DNA of 64,000 bases from Fimbriosthenelais zetlandica. Lineage: Eukaryota. The DNA lies in assembly GCA_977030845.1 (NCBI GenBank), contig OZ365118.1:18848001-18912000 (forward strand), in the 5' to 3' direction. Below the pieces are notes generated by a model. The model was not told the DNA's origin, searched no databases, and saw only the letters and a program-made list of their open reading frames with translations. Positions 39,241 through 52,579 of the stretch are shown one piece after another. Position 1 is the first letter of the stretch. The number at the start of each line of letters is the position of its first letter. Position numbers and translations under genes: made by a program.

Positions 39241-41051
39241 GGTAGCCAGGGTTTGTATTGACAGGGCCTGGACAAAGGGCAGAGCTAGGTCTCAGGGTGG
39301 CGGGATTAGTGAAAATACCAGCTGCCCGGCTGTCGTAAAAACGCGGCAAAATTAACCAAGCCCGGGTGAATAATTAGAGGTGGAGGAAAGTCTCATGGGG
39401 ACAGGAGTAAAGTGGATTGACGGCAGGCTTATAGGTTAGGAGGTGAGACAGGGACAGGGGTCAGACAGGGAGCACCCACCATAGGTACTGCTTGCATGAC
39501 TGCAGCCTGAAAGAGCAATTATCTGGCCACATCGAGCCGCTCTGTGGTAAAGCCAGGGCGTATAGCATCCATTATGTCTTCAGCCGTGATAGAAAGTAGA
39601 CCCTGGTCTTCCGGCGAATCACCAAAGAATAGGAGGAGTATTTTGGTGCGGATGTGCTTCATGATGTAGGTACTTATCCCGCTAGGCCAGGAGTCTATAA
39701 AAGTCCTAAATACGGCCATCATTTGAGCTTTAAACAGCACCACCAGCAGTAGCGCCCTCCGCCCAGCGTCCCATCTCACTTAAAGAGTCCCCAGACCAGA
39801 ATCACAGCGGGTGGCTGCTTGACTTGCTGATTCCTTCTACCTCCCCCACCAACTCCCCAGCTGAACCTTCATCAAGCAAAACTTGACACTTACATCTGTC
39901 CTTGGCTTTTATCGGCTGATGGTGGGGTGATGGGTGGTTCAAGGCTAGCTACTGACTCCCTCTATCCCACAGATCAATAAAGACAGTCTATTGTATTTGT
40001 ACATAAGTGAATCAAGGTTAGGTGGTGAGATGGACACGGGTATGTTATATATATCATTAGGTGAGCTCACTCACAGACTGGAAAACCAGGCTACACGGCC
40101 ACAGCCTGTAACCGTCCACAGTCATAGTTATCTAATCTAATACAGCCCCTCTCCTCTACATGCCTCACATTCACTGTTTTTTCTCCTCCAGTCGATGCTT
40201 ATCGCACCCTTGTGTATATTTCTGTCTGACAATAAGATCTGGGCAATGCCTTGGCACAGCTTGCACAAGACATGAATACCAAACAGTAAAGGAAATGTTT
40301 CCCCTCCAGCTTCCAGCAGATACAATGTATAATCATTTTGCTGTATCATGATGGCGAGAGCAAACCCAATATTTGAACAGGGGCTCAAGTCCGTGTTTCA
40401 TATGGCGGAGTGGATGCCACTCCTGACTGACGAGAATACATCAGATGCTGCTTCTGATGATAAGCAGAATGGGGAACACTTAAAAACTTGAAAAAACCTT
40501 AAAGATCATCCTTCAATGAATAAATTTGAAATAATTGCTGTAATCAAATATTTTGCAGTGAATAAAGATTAAAATGAAACCCTTTTCATGTCATATTTTC
40601 AAATATCGCAGGTGAAATTGTTATTTCTCAATATGGGATCTTCATATGAGAAAGTCCGTGCATGGACTCAAAGGGATAAATGTGAAAACGTTTACTGAGT
40701 AAAATGAAAGGACAACATTTAAACAGGAAATGTAGAATCTACGGAACAATAAAAAACAGGTCAGAGAGATGAGGGGAAGATGAAGGGGCATTGTGACCCT
40801 AGGGATGAGGGTCAAACTGCTCCCCTTCCCTCAACCCACCCACAGGTCTCTATAGGTAATATAGTGCCCACAAAAAATAGGAAATCTCTCAGAGTGCAGT
40901 GAAAGTAGAGGGAGAAAAAATCAAAGAAAAAGCTTTTGAATGTAGTAGGTGGATGGTAAAGATGGTGGAGTTTGCAGTGCCTACGGCCGGCGGATGCAAA
41001 TTTTGTGATATATGGTTACTTTATGCAGGCGTAGGACTGATACAAGGAAAA

Positions 41052-41115
41052 TCAATGTCCCCTGCCCACACCGTCAGCCATTCTCAATGTCCCCTCCCCA
41101 CACCGTCAGCCATTC
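41052..41115. repeat. 32-bp tandem duplication
   Basis: TCAATGTCCCCT(G/C)CCCACACCGTCAGCCATTC twice. Confidence 0.92.
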
Positions 41116-42394
41116 CCTCCTGGTCACACGGCTATCACGGCAAGCCCAACAGAAATTAATTCAAGACGTGAGAAGGAATGGAGAGACACATACAATGATG
41201 AGGGTTTGACGGCCAAGTGTGAAGCAAACGTGGCGAGCATTGTTTACCAACATGACATCAATGACATGGTGAATATGCAGACGTGACATGTATAAACTAA
41301 TATCATTAGGTCAAGACAAGACAGTAATGAGCAAAGCCAGGAAAAGACAGATGTTTCTATTTTCCCTCCCTGTGGAATTGATATTTACTTTTAAAGTTGT
41401 TCCCCACTTGTAGTAAGATGGGTTGGGAGGTATTTTCCCATAGGATAGTGAGAACTTGTTCTCTCATTGACTGATTTCACACCATTGAGCTCGTGGGAAG
41501 AAATCAACTTTTATAAGACAGTGCTCAAGTCAGGCAGGAATGTCAAAAAGATCATTTCTTAGATCTGCTATAAGAGGCTGCCCAGCAAATCCACAATATC
41601 AGAAGCAATGTAGGCCTCTCTCATTAAGATGGCTTTCAACATCCCACGCAAGTCATAAACAGGCAGGACGCTGTCCTCAAAACACCCAAACACCTCCACC
41701 CACAAGTGAGGTGTTCAATAAAGCACAGACCCAATATCATACTCCCTCAACCAATAAAGATGATTAACAAGAAAACATGAAAGGAATATTTTAGGAAATA
41801 TAGATTTCCAATTCCTAGTTATAACCATTTTTCCAACTGATGGAGATCAGGGACTTTTCCCCAAGTGACTTTAATTTCAATTGGATTCGCTCAAGGGCTA
41901 TAGGGGGGAAGTGAATACAGTGTTCTCACAGCAGTCATGGTGCCTATTCACCATACACCGAGGAGGCGGCAAGCAAGCAACAAAGGATAATTAATTAAAA
42001 GGTTGGAGAGACTTCTCTGGTAATGAACACACTAAATGTTTTACCATTATCGCTGCCACAAGTGAAAGGAAGAGAAAAATTGACATTTATTGACGACAAT
42101 GAATCTTCATATCGGAGTTATCTGAGAAGTGTTAAACCGCGACACGTCTAGAGTTGGTGATAGGACGGGGGGAAGAGACAATGAGAGATGATCAGGTGAA
42201 TTCAATCATTAATGTTTAATTCACGCGTCCATCAGGAGATGACCTGGTGGACGACATTCTCTACTTGTCAGCCTCGTCTTCACGTGTCATCATCATTTAT
42301 TGCTGCCTAATGGTTTGTTTAAATGGACATCCCCACTGAGTGGTGATGTGTTAGACAAACCTACACTTAGAGTACGGGTCGACCTGCTCATACC

Positions 42395-42700
42395 ACTAAC
42401 TCAGCAATGCTACTCACTCAGCAATGCTACTCACTCAGCAATGCTACTCACTCAGCAATGCTACTCACTCAGCAATGCTACTAACTCATCAACGCTACTA
42501 ACTCAGCAATGCTACTAACTCATCAACGCTACTAACTCAGCAATGCTACTAACTCAGCAATGCTACTAACTTAGCAATGCTACTAACTCAGCAATGCTTC
42601 TAACTCAGCAATGCTACTAACTCAGCAATGCTACTAACTCAGCAATGCTACTAACTCAGCAATGCTACTCACTCAGCAATGCTACTCACTCAGCGATGCT
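42395..42700. repeat. 17-bp minisatellite, about 18 copies
   Basis: Unit ACT(A/C)ACTCAGCAATGCT, with two ACTCATCAACGCT variants and a few point variants. Confidence 0.96.
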
Positions 42701-45700
42701 ACTGACTGTCCCGACAACCTAAAATACCCCGGGCAACCTTGATACAAGAGTCTGGTGACAACCTATATAGAATCTTTCACAGTAAGACTCATGAAAAGTA
42801 AAATTCCTCCTTGTCTTGATCCAAAGGCCCGATTGCCTGGTGGATATTTTAGCAGCATTGCAGCTAAGACACGTATAATCCCATGGCTTACATTCATGTT
42901 CCTTCTTCCTAGTAAGATATTGATGAGGATTTGTAGAATGAATCTCAGCTTATTTCCTTAGTGTTAATAGGAAGCATAGCATCTCCCAGCAAATAGCCTG
43001 ACTATTAATAGAGATAGAGCCAAGCACTGCTTACAAAATACAGCCTGATCTCAGACTGTGATAGGCTTCAACCACTAGTAATTTACGAGTGGTGGTTTAC
43101 ACAAATCAGAGAGTCCTTTACTGATAAGGCTAATTAAAGGAGGCATTCTAATACAGCGGGGAAGATGAGAGGAATAAAATACAAGCTTGTATGCATTACT
43201 CATCGGAGCTTTGTAAATACAAGATGACAGTCTTGTCTATGTCCATCTTAATACTGAAGTCATCTACAGTCTTAATGCATTCACTGGATCAGGAGAGACG
43301 TACAATTAGTCTTCTCAAGCACTACATGCATGTATAACGAGATGTATGCAGTTTTAGTAGCAACAGTTCTCCATGTTTTTGCCCACTAAAATACTTTAAA
43401 TCTCGTCCTTTTCCTGCTTGAAACACTGGCAGTGCCTTTGCCATGTAGCAGCCTGTCTCTCTACCTCTCTGTCTATCCATCCACGCCCTGACTCTGTCCT
43501 TTACCCATATTGTCCCGAACATCTATTTTCATTACTCCATGTTGTGTTGTCTATCCATCTCTGAGTGGTCTATCGTTAGACCACTGCTAGACTCTAACCA
43601 GGGACTGGTCTGAGGTTTGAAGGAGAAGCTAGAGAGGGATGAGGGCTTGTAAATTGGTCGCACCATAAAGGAGCATTCATCTTAAACGCTCTGCATATTT
43701 CATCTGATTAAGAGGCCATCTAAGCAACAACAATGTGTCATATATTCACATGAATCTTGGGCTTTGCCATAAAAAGGACTTTTTTTAAAATATGGCGCCG
43801 TGCATCTTGTAGATGCGTCTGGTAGAGGAGTAAGTGGATATAGAAGGGTAGAGGGTTTGTCAGGAGGGGGTCTTGGTATAAATTGCCCCACTATCTAATC
43901 TCATATCTTCCCCCAAAGAAAATTGAATTGTGTGCGTGGACGGGAGTGAGGGAGAGAGTTGGGCGCGTTTAAAGCCAAGTGATGAATTCAGATGTAGGAG
44001 GCGGCTTCCTGGCCCGGCCTATCAATCGCTCGCTATGCCTGTATATGAACATGTATCCTGACAAAATGGATTAGTACTATCACGCCAGGCAGATATTGCT
44101 TGATTGTCATATAGCATGACGGACTGGAATGTTTTACACGCTAACGGCCCGGCGCTACGGGCTAATGTAATGTAACATTACAGAGTAATGCATCGTTTGA
44201 ACCAAGCCTACACTTCTCCTACAGTCTTCAAAAATAAGCTAACAAGCAACAGGCCCACTATAGATCTGTCTGAATTTCTATCAGTGACTATCTCCATCTA
44301 CATGCTCCGCCCATGACCTCAAGTCATATGTATTTCAAGTTATCAATGTCGCGGGTGGTTTTTTTTATTATTTAACCATTTCCCTATCGCATGCTCCTGG
44401 CAGTGCTGGCCGACTTTTGACGATCACTGACTTGGCAGTAGCAGTTAAATAAAAGCTGCATGCGCAGTAAACGAAATCAATTGTTAATGGTGTTAGCACT
44501 GTATGAGAGTGGCACACAGACTGGGCTGTGTGCACCCCTCCACTGAACATTGTATGGATTATGCATATCACATTTACAGCTCCATTTGAAGGAAAATCAC
44601 TATCAGGGGCGATTTTTAATCTTGTTTAATAAACATGAAATAATTCCACCTTATCAAACGCTGTGTTATTTACAGAGGGAAGCCGCTGCATCAGAATTGT
44701 ATGGCTGCCAGCAATATAAAATACATTGAACATTGATTAGAAAGCAATGTAGGCAGAATGGCTATTATGATTGCATACAATCATGCTGTATATTGTCTGC
44801 GTTTGAGCATCCTATAAATCAGCAGGAGATGTACATGTCTGTGACATGAACAACATAGAGTATACTGGTGGGTTGTACAGGAGTGGAGGCTGTTATTATC
44901 ATGATTATTGCTCTCATACAATGCTAAACATTGATCAGGCTCTCATCCATTAATCTGATATTTAAAATGAACTTATTGACCGATTAGCGATTAACGACAA
45001 CAACCTGTATCACAGCTGTGGTCATTTCTAATCTCACACGAGCATCGATGGCCATGTTCTACCATTCCTTACTTTATGGAGTGACAATGAGTGGGGTTTC
45101 AACTGAATGAAAAACCAGCTGAGTGTAGTACAAGCTTCACTGCCTCCCTCCTACACTTACACTCAGTTACATGACTGGTTTTTTAGCTGTGAGAGGTAGT
45201 TTTTTTGGTGAGGATATTCTCACGTTTGGCATGTACATGGGAGGGTAGCCACATGTTACACGCCCTCCTCGCCTCCAGTGGTAAACATGCAACAAAGACC
45301 TGCAGGCTGGCAGGCTCCACCTGCCGCCTAAATCAATGCGCCATCCTGATCTTCTGATCTTTTGCTCAGGGGTGATTCACAAACAAGGCATAGGCTCGAT
45401 GATCGCTGTATTGAACAAGAAAGTAGCCTTAAGCCTGAGGCTGAGAGTGGGGACGTGCTTAAGCCCTATGTCTAATCCACATGGAATGTCCCTGCCACCT
45501 AAAAACAAAAATCAATGTACTCTAGAAGTAGTTCCTTTATGTGTGTCAATGTGGGTTTTTACCTTCACAGCAATTGTTTCATCTTTCTGGCATTTATATC
45601 TATTATGCAGTGTGCGGTTCACACAAGCAAGGGGCGATTGCTGTTGGCACGGGGCTCAGCTGGTAATTGTTTACGGCCATGGACTCATTGGTGATTAAAC

Positions 45701-46307
45701 AAATGAGGAATCGATAATAGAGGGATGGCAACTCTACAATGGACATCCCATTGTGTTGTGGGTGATTGGAGGCGGTGAGGCTTCAGTATGTCTTAATGCC
45801 TGAGGTGTGTTAGAGGTGTGGGATGTCACAATGCTCAGTGAGGTAGAGAAACACAGCCACACCTGTTGTTCCCAGATCAATCATCTTTGCCATCCATCCC
45901 CCATTTTATTATTTACCTCCAGCTTTGATGTGGGAGCAGGTAAGTTAGTGGTTATAAAGAAGTCTAAGTCCGGCTATCATCGTCTCATTTCATTGCTTAT
46001 AGCAGCTAGCTCAGTCGGCCTTCATACAAAGCGCGCCACTCTGGGCGCCAGTACCACAAAGCAACTCTAGCCATTTAGTTGTTAATATTTCAGTAGTCCT
46101 TCCTTGTACACAGGCAACAGTTGAAAGTGTTAGGTATGGACTTTATCGACAGTTGATACCCCAGTGGAAATGACCATTGATATCAAAGCGTGTCTCGTCT
46201 ACACACATGGATCTCCTCCCTCATTCAAATTATTACTCAGTTTTCCGTTGTCAATGATTTTCCAGTATCATGTCACTTGTTACTTTGGAATGTGAGACTT
46301 TTAACTA

Positions 46308-47406
46308 CAGTGCTCCCTCCCCATCCGACCACCCCCTCCAGCCGACCACCCCCTCTAACCGACCATTTTTGCCCGGTCCCGTTTTTTCCCTTATATATTT
46401 CAATATAGCTATCCTCCCTTAAACCGACCACCCCCCTATTCCGGTTACCGACCACTTTTTTCGGTCCAAAATGGGAAAATCGTTAGAAATTTTCCCCCTT
46501 TAACCGACCACACTCTGACCTGGACATCAAAGAGGACGGCTCAACTGTAGTCGGCCGACAGAATCGGTGACCATCGGTGGCATGTTGGTTCAGTGGTTAA
46601 TCTCCCTGTAGATTAACGCACTTAATTACTGTGATCAAGGTGGACAGGAGACAGGAGAAAAATAATGTGGGATATACACAAACATGTTCTAACTCTTCCC
46701 ACAACACCCTCTCCTCCAATCCCACATAATCGTACCATTTTATTGTCCTACAAGCCAAGTCTCCCTGAAAAATATTTTGGTTCAATTTGTGTTAATATCT
46801 GCTAAGTTTTGTGTCTATAATTATGACGAGGTTACTTAAAAAAAAAAGAGAGAATTGTCTTGTATATAACGTCACATGAATTAGCCCTGGAAATATTCGG
46901 AATGAATTTTGTTTTAATAAAAATATCTAAGTAGGCCTACTGTGATTTTAAACACCAATGGAAAACAATGCGTCGCGGTCAAAGACAATAGGCTAACTCA
47001 TCCATTGTTTTGGTGGTTAGGGTGGGTAGGGTACCAGGTAGGCCTTCATATAGCCACACTAATCCCTCTATTGTCTACTCCGTCGCGCCAGGCGGGAAAT
47101 GGCTTCAAAGGGGTATAATAATCCTTACTAAATATTTAGCTTAACAACCAGATTTGAATAATTTTATTCATTTTTGTTCATTTTGTTTTCATGGAATTCT
47201 GAACAAATAGATCTGTTTAAATTATATTCAATATTTTGTGGCTATATATTAATTTCTTTTGACTGATTTAACTTTCCATAAATTATTTTGGTCGGCATTG
47301 ATTATTGATGACGACCACGCCCCCATCCCCCCTTAAACCAACCCCCTCCTTTAACCGACCACTTCAGCTAGGTCCCTTTGGTGGTCGGTATCGGGGGGGA
47401 GCACTG
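46308..47406. mobile_element. Non-autonomous Tc1/mariner-superfamily (pogo/Tigger-like) MITE, 1099 bp
   Basis: TA on both sides (46306-46307 and 47407-47408). Left TIR CAGTGCTCCCTCCCCATCCGACCACC versus reverse-complemented right TIR CAGTGCTCCCCCCCGATACCGACCACC. Multiple subterminal CCGACCA(C) copies. AT-rich interior with no transposase ORF. Confidence 0.88.
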
Positions 47407-49120
47407 TACAATGTTCATTGTTACGTCAATCTTCATTCACGGGAAAGCTGATGAAAAGACGAAGAGAGCTCAACTTATTTGAACAGCCGATATTTAAGAA
47501 GCCATCCGCAAAACAGGAGAGCACAATCCTTAAGAAATTCAAATCTTAATTGTCTTTAAGGAGCGATTTGATATTAGTTCAACATAGAACAGTATACAAA
47601 CATGTTAATGGTGTAAACCCCTAGTAGGAGGGAATATATGGAGGGGTAGAGTGAGATCAGGTAGAGTGGGGACCTGGGCAGGTGGTATATATACATAAAG
47701 GTAAACCAGTTCATCAAGTGACTAGAGCTGTGGAATATATACATAAGATCTACCAGCAATGTTAGACCTGCTTCTGTCCACCAATACACCAGACTGTACT
47801 ATCCAAGTATGGGATCACAATGGGTGAAAGGGGACATAATCAATTTAATACAATACCAACTGCAATACATCCCATCCGTAGGCTATTGGAACTAGGAAAA
47901 CCATCAGAGACAATTCATGTCTTTTAAATTAGATTCAGAATAACTTAAAAGTCAGAAAGATCTGAGTGGATATTTATAATAATAGAGAACACTGAGGGAG
48001 TATACATTCTCTAGCTGTATTCCTTCAAGGACATAACCTGTAGTCGTAATTTACTAAAGTTACAATAGTTAAACAGCATTAATATTCAGTACAAATCTCT
48101 GCAGTGCTTGCAGGCAGGCAGTCTTTGTGTATCCACATTTCACTTGATGGCCTACACCTAGTAACTGAGGGTGGGAGCTCTCCTAGTGTTTGTTCTAGCT
48201 GTCAGGGTCTGGTGAATAGCCCGGATCACCTTGCTTTAACAGCCAGAGAGCACACATACCCCGCACTATACCATATTTGCTTCCTTTTGCATAAGAGCGT
48301 TTGTCAGATAAGTCTTGTCTACCACGGGCGTCTAGTCGCGTATAGAGATATATAAGTGTTTTATACCTCCCGCGCGTGGAGGGTGGGGGGTAGGGAGCAT
48401 CTGGGTTGTCTTGGATACAGTTGTTCTCTTGGATAATGCTATGGATTCATAAAGCTTTGTAGGTGAAGCTTATAGGGATAGAACCACTTAGGGTTGGGAG
48501 GGGACTGGAGAAGGGGGTTCATAGTCAATTTGCTCCTTGCTATAAATACAGTGGTTAAAGCCAGGCATGAGACACAATGCCTTGCATAATTTCACACTGA
48601 TGAAAATGCTCTGTTGAAAATTAAACATCAGAACATTCTCAAAGCCAAACGCCAACAACCAGTACAATCCAGAAGCCATCAGATGTTTGGGTGACCTTTT
48701 CCCCGTTAGAGCCTGTATTGCAAGTTTCATTGTGAATTATACAACTTTCAAGAATTTTTATCTCCTTTCATTTCTCGATGTACTCTTGATGTATGATTAT
48801 GTACACTTCACAGATTGAGTATCAGATTCACAACTCTCTGATTTCAATCTCACACAATGACATTTAAATCAAATCTAATTTTTAGGCGTACAAGGTTCGT
48901 TAAGGTCCGCAAGTAGTGTAAGCAATACCAAGGAGGGCGAGTAGTGATTAACATAGCTACTCTATGAGAGTATCACTGGGTGAGGCATAACTAAACAGAA
49001 AACCCAAGAGGTTTTCCATGTCTGCCATCTATAGAGAGACGATCAAATGTCAATGACTTTCCTCTCATCCACTTTATCAACTACTAATCCAGCTTTGTTT
49101 CTACAACCAACACGACACTG

Positions 49121-49157
49121 CGGGCTGGGGACGGGCTGGGGACGGGCTGGGGACGGG
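49121..49157. repeat. 11-bp G-rich tandem repeat, about 3.4 copies
   Basis: (CGGGCTGGGGA)3CGGG. Confidence 0.85.
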
Positions 49158-50733
49158 AGCAGTGGCAATCTCCATCAGTTTTATGAGACCAGGTCCGTAC
49201 AGCCAGCCACTTGTAATGGTTGAAGGGAGATGGAAGATGGAAGTCAACTTGACAGAGCATTAAAGAAAGGGGTGAACTGCCTGGTGGTGGAGGGGCTGGG
49301 GGAGCGGGACTGGAATAACCCTCTCTAACTTTAGACATCCCCAATGGACACTAACAAGTTGGTTTGGTTTTGGTTTAGTTGCTTCTAACGTTGCTTCCCT
49401 ATCTTTATCATCCCATGGTGGTTTGACATTGAAGTCCTCAAAAACCATCTTTCCTGCTTTTGTGCTTCCATAGAAGTCTTTTGTGAGTAAAAAAAACACA
49501 CACAAAACAGAGGGTCATTCAATGATCCAGACGGAAGTACGTGAAAGGTTTTGGAGCATTTCGGAGCAACCCAGATATTTAATATGCTTCAAAAACACAT
49601 CTAAAAGGTTAGATGGGTGTGTCAATGAGGGTTGTCATACCAGTCATTGTGAGATGAGAGGGTCTATATTGTACTGTATCACAAGCTGTGTGCGTGCACA
49701 TGGAGGACTAGCACGGTAAAAAGCGTGCTAAATGTCATAGACAGTGTATGATGTTTTCTCACACAATACTCATTATTACAATGCTCATTACCAGCAGAAA
49801 AATGGGGTAAAAAATGAGGGCTGGGCAATAATAGATGTGACTTGACATGGTGGGGTTATATAGTGTATATATGGGAGGCGTACTGCAGGCATTGTCACAT
49901 ACATATTCATATATACATGTACTAACAATGACTGTATAGGATGCATAGTACAGTATATGGTGCGACTTCAGAATTAGGCAGATGGGTATGATCTATAATG
50001 TAGTTTTAGGGCTAAATGTTTAATGTCCAATCAACAATAAAAGGAAACACATTGGCAGCAATGGTTCTTTTAAATGCCTTTCACCATAGAGTGGGAGACT
50101 GGACTGCAGTTAGCAGCACTGGGTGGAGTAGGACAATGGCACATTAGGAGAATGTTTGTGGAATTGAATTGGAGGGCTCCAGCATTCATCTACAGAGCGT
50201 TCCAATGGACGCGGTAGAATTTGTAATTATGAATGTAGTCACCAAATATTTGTCAGTATTGTCCACGTTAATGTATGACAAACATTGGCCAGGTCAGACT
50301 CGTTATAGTGGTATGATTAATAATGTCATAAACTGTTCATTATGCTTGTGAAACTATGTATAAAGTACACAACAAAAGCAAACCTCACAAGACAATGAAA
50401 AACACACGTTAAACTCTATGCATCATTAACAAGTCAGCGAGCAGACACCACTTTTTGCTCCCTGCTCCCAAATGGCAATAAACGGAGGCGTTGACTGTAA
50501 CAAAGCGGCGGCAATTAAAAATTAACAGCAGCCATTATGATATCAATAATGGGGGGTGACCCGAGCGTCAGGAATCAATATCACGACCAGGGAAAACAGA
50601 GGGCCAACCGGCGGTTAAAATTTGACCAGTGAATTATTGGTCCGTTAGTTTCCATTTCCTGCTCCAGTACTGAGGTGATTATGATGGGTGGAATAGAACC
50701 ACAAGGGAGAAGTGAGGGAGAGATGGGAGCGGT

Positions 50734-50790
50734 GAGGGAGAGGAGGGAGCGGGGAGGGAGAGGAGGGAGCGGGGAGGGAGAGGAGGGAGC
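50734..50790. repeat. 20-bp purine-rich tandem repeat, about 3 copies
   Basis: Unit GAGGGAGAGGAGGGAGCGGG. Confidence 0.85.
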
Positions 50791-52514
50791 AGTGGATGGG
50801 TAGGGCCACCCAGGCAAAGATGTATATATCATGTTAAAACACTAGGCGATCAGGGCTTTGCTAATTAGCCGGGCGTCATTTAAGTAAAGGGCTAATGGGG
50901 GGTTGAACTATCAGCGCCTAATTGTCGAGGGTGGATCCTGGTCCACAGAGAGACTCCACGAGTCCCAGATCACCTCAAAATATTCCTGTATCACTGACAA
51001 AGTGATTAATGACCGGGCAAACTTTCCTCTCCAAACTCCAAAACTGCGACTGTGTTTTGTGTATATGATTGGTCCTGGGGGAAGCATGAGGCGGGCTTGT
51101 TTATGATTTGTATTGTGTTGGGGAGGACCTGAGGTAGCGAGCTGAGCCGGGTGATATAGAGATCCTATGATCAGGGTCAATCTACCGTGAATTTCACACA
51201 CACAGTCCGCCAGGAAAAAATCTCATAAAATCTACTCCGACATCAAAGTGTTTTATCTGCCTGTGAAGCTTTCCCTTTCTTGGGAATTCACTCACTTTTT
51301 CATACATGTATGGCGTTTTATCTGTTTTTCTCAAGGTATTTGAACTTCACCTTTCAATGCCTTCAGATCATTAAAGTCAATGTAAGCATAACATACATGC
51401 TAATGGATGATTCGGGTCGCATCTGATCAATTCATAACTAAAGGAAATATATAAAAAGTTGGCATCAGTAGAAATACTTTCTGATAAGATCCACATCTTT
51501 CATGGATAAGCTCTGATGGATGCATTAAATGTAAATGGATCATTCATGCATAAGTAACAGAGGAAGTAAGGTGCCAGCATTGTGAATGTAAAAGCTGCAA
51601 TAACAGCACATTCTTACATTGTGTAGTCTCCAGAAAAATTGGACTATCGACCTCATTCCTCGCCCCAAGCTTGATTACCACTGGGACAAAAAGGTAAAGC
51701 AACAGGCTGGTTTTAACAGTGGCAGGGCTCGTATATTACGGCAGTCTGTCTTCTCTCAGTCTTTTCATGTTATTCGGTGGTTTTTCTTCATGGTGAAAGC
51801 AGTGATCGTCTTCCCATTGTTGGCAGCCATGGCTTGCATGGCACCGCAGCATGGTCATGTCCCGCCAAACAATACCAGAGACGCACACTTTCAATCACTC
51901 ATATCTAATAACCATTATCTTCCCCTTATTTTAAATTCCTACACATTCATTACCCTTTACTGCGACTCAACAGCTTTCAGGCCTTTAAAGCGATCATCTG
52001 GGAAAGGCACAAGCTTTCAAAGAAAACCATTTGTTTCAATACAACTTCTAGATGGTGCTTTTTAAACGGTTTATGATCACATGGATCTATGGTAGCTGAT
52101 GTGAATCTATTGCTATCTATTGAAAGCAGGAGAGGGTGGGAGTGGTGGGTGATGGGTGGGGGTGGGGGTATAATGCATTATGTATAGTTTCAGAATGTTT
52201 GATAAGAGAGTTGATTTAACTGAGAGGAGGGAACCATGTCTACCTGTAATAGTCGTATTAGAATAGAGAGAGTCAGGGAGATAACAGACAACTAATCCCA
52301 CTGTCTGCACAGTAGCAAATCCAGACTGAACATATACTCTGTGCCAACTGCTCGAACTACTATCTTGCTGGGTCTATAGGGGGATATTTTCATATCTGTT
52401 GACACAGACTATAGGGTAGGTTAACCTGTAAATCTTTGGAAACACGGCGAAGCCACAATGGCCTGCACGCCTCACCTTGTAGACAGTGGGAGACATGTCT
52501 GGCCTTTGATATCC

Positions 52515-52579
52515 CAGTTAGCAGCACTGGGTTTAGTAGGACAATCAGAGAGTAACAGCACTGGGTGGAGTAGGACAAT
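52515..52579 (+). repeat. Two copies of a short element that also occurs at 50107-50137
   Basis: CAGTTAGCAGCACTGGGT(GG/TT)AGTAGGACAAT at 50107 and 52515. The 24-mer CAGCACTGGGTGGAGTAGGACAAT at 52556 is identical to 50114-50137. Confidence 0.85.

Noticed and set aside
39519-39779. Protein-looking minus-strand ORF (86 aa)
   Set aside because: It has a GTG start, no family match that I recognise, and lies in a CpG-rich patch where stop codons are rarer.
5325-42700. Tandem arrays (16, 21 and 17 bp) as CRISPR arrays
   Set aside because: Units are head-to-tail with no unique spacers, there are no cas genes, and the context is eukaryotic.
44147-44162. GC hairpin GCCCG-GCGCTA-CGGGC as a Helitron 3' end
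   Set aside because: It is not followed by the CTRR terminus at the expected spacing, and no 5' TC end or second copy was identified.
46580-46600. A-box-like TGGTTCAGTGG as a tRNA or SINE head
   Set aside because: No B box or cloverleaf follows, and it lies inside the MITE.
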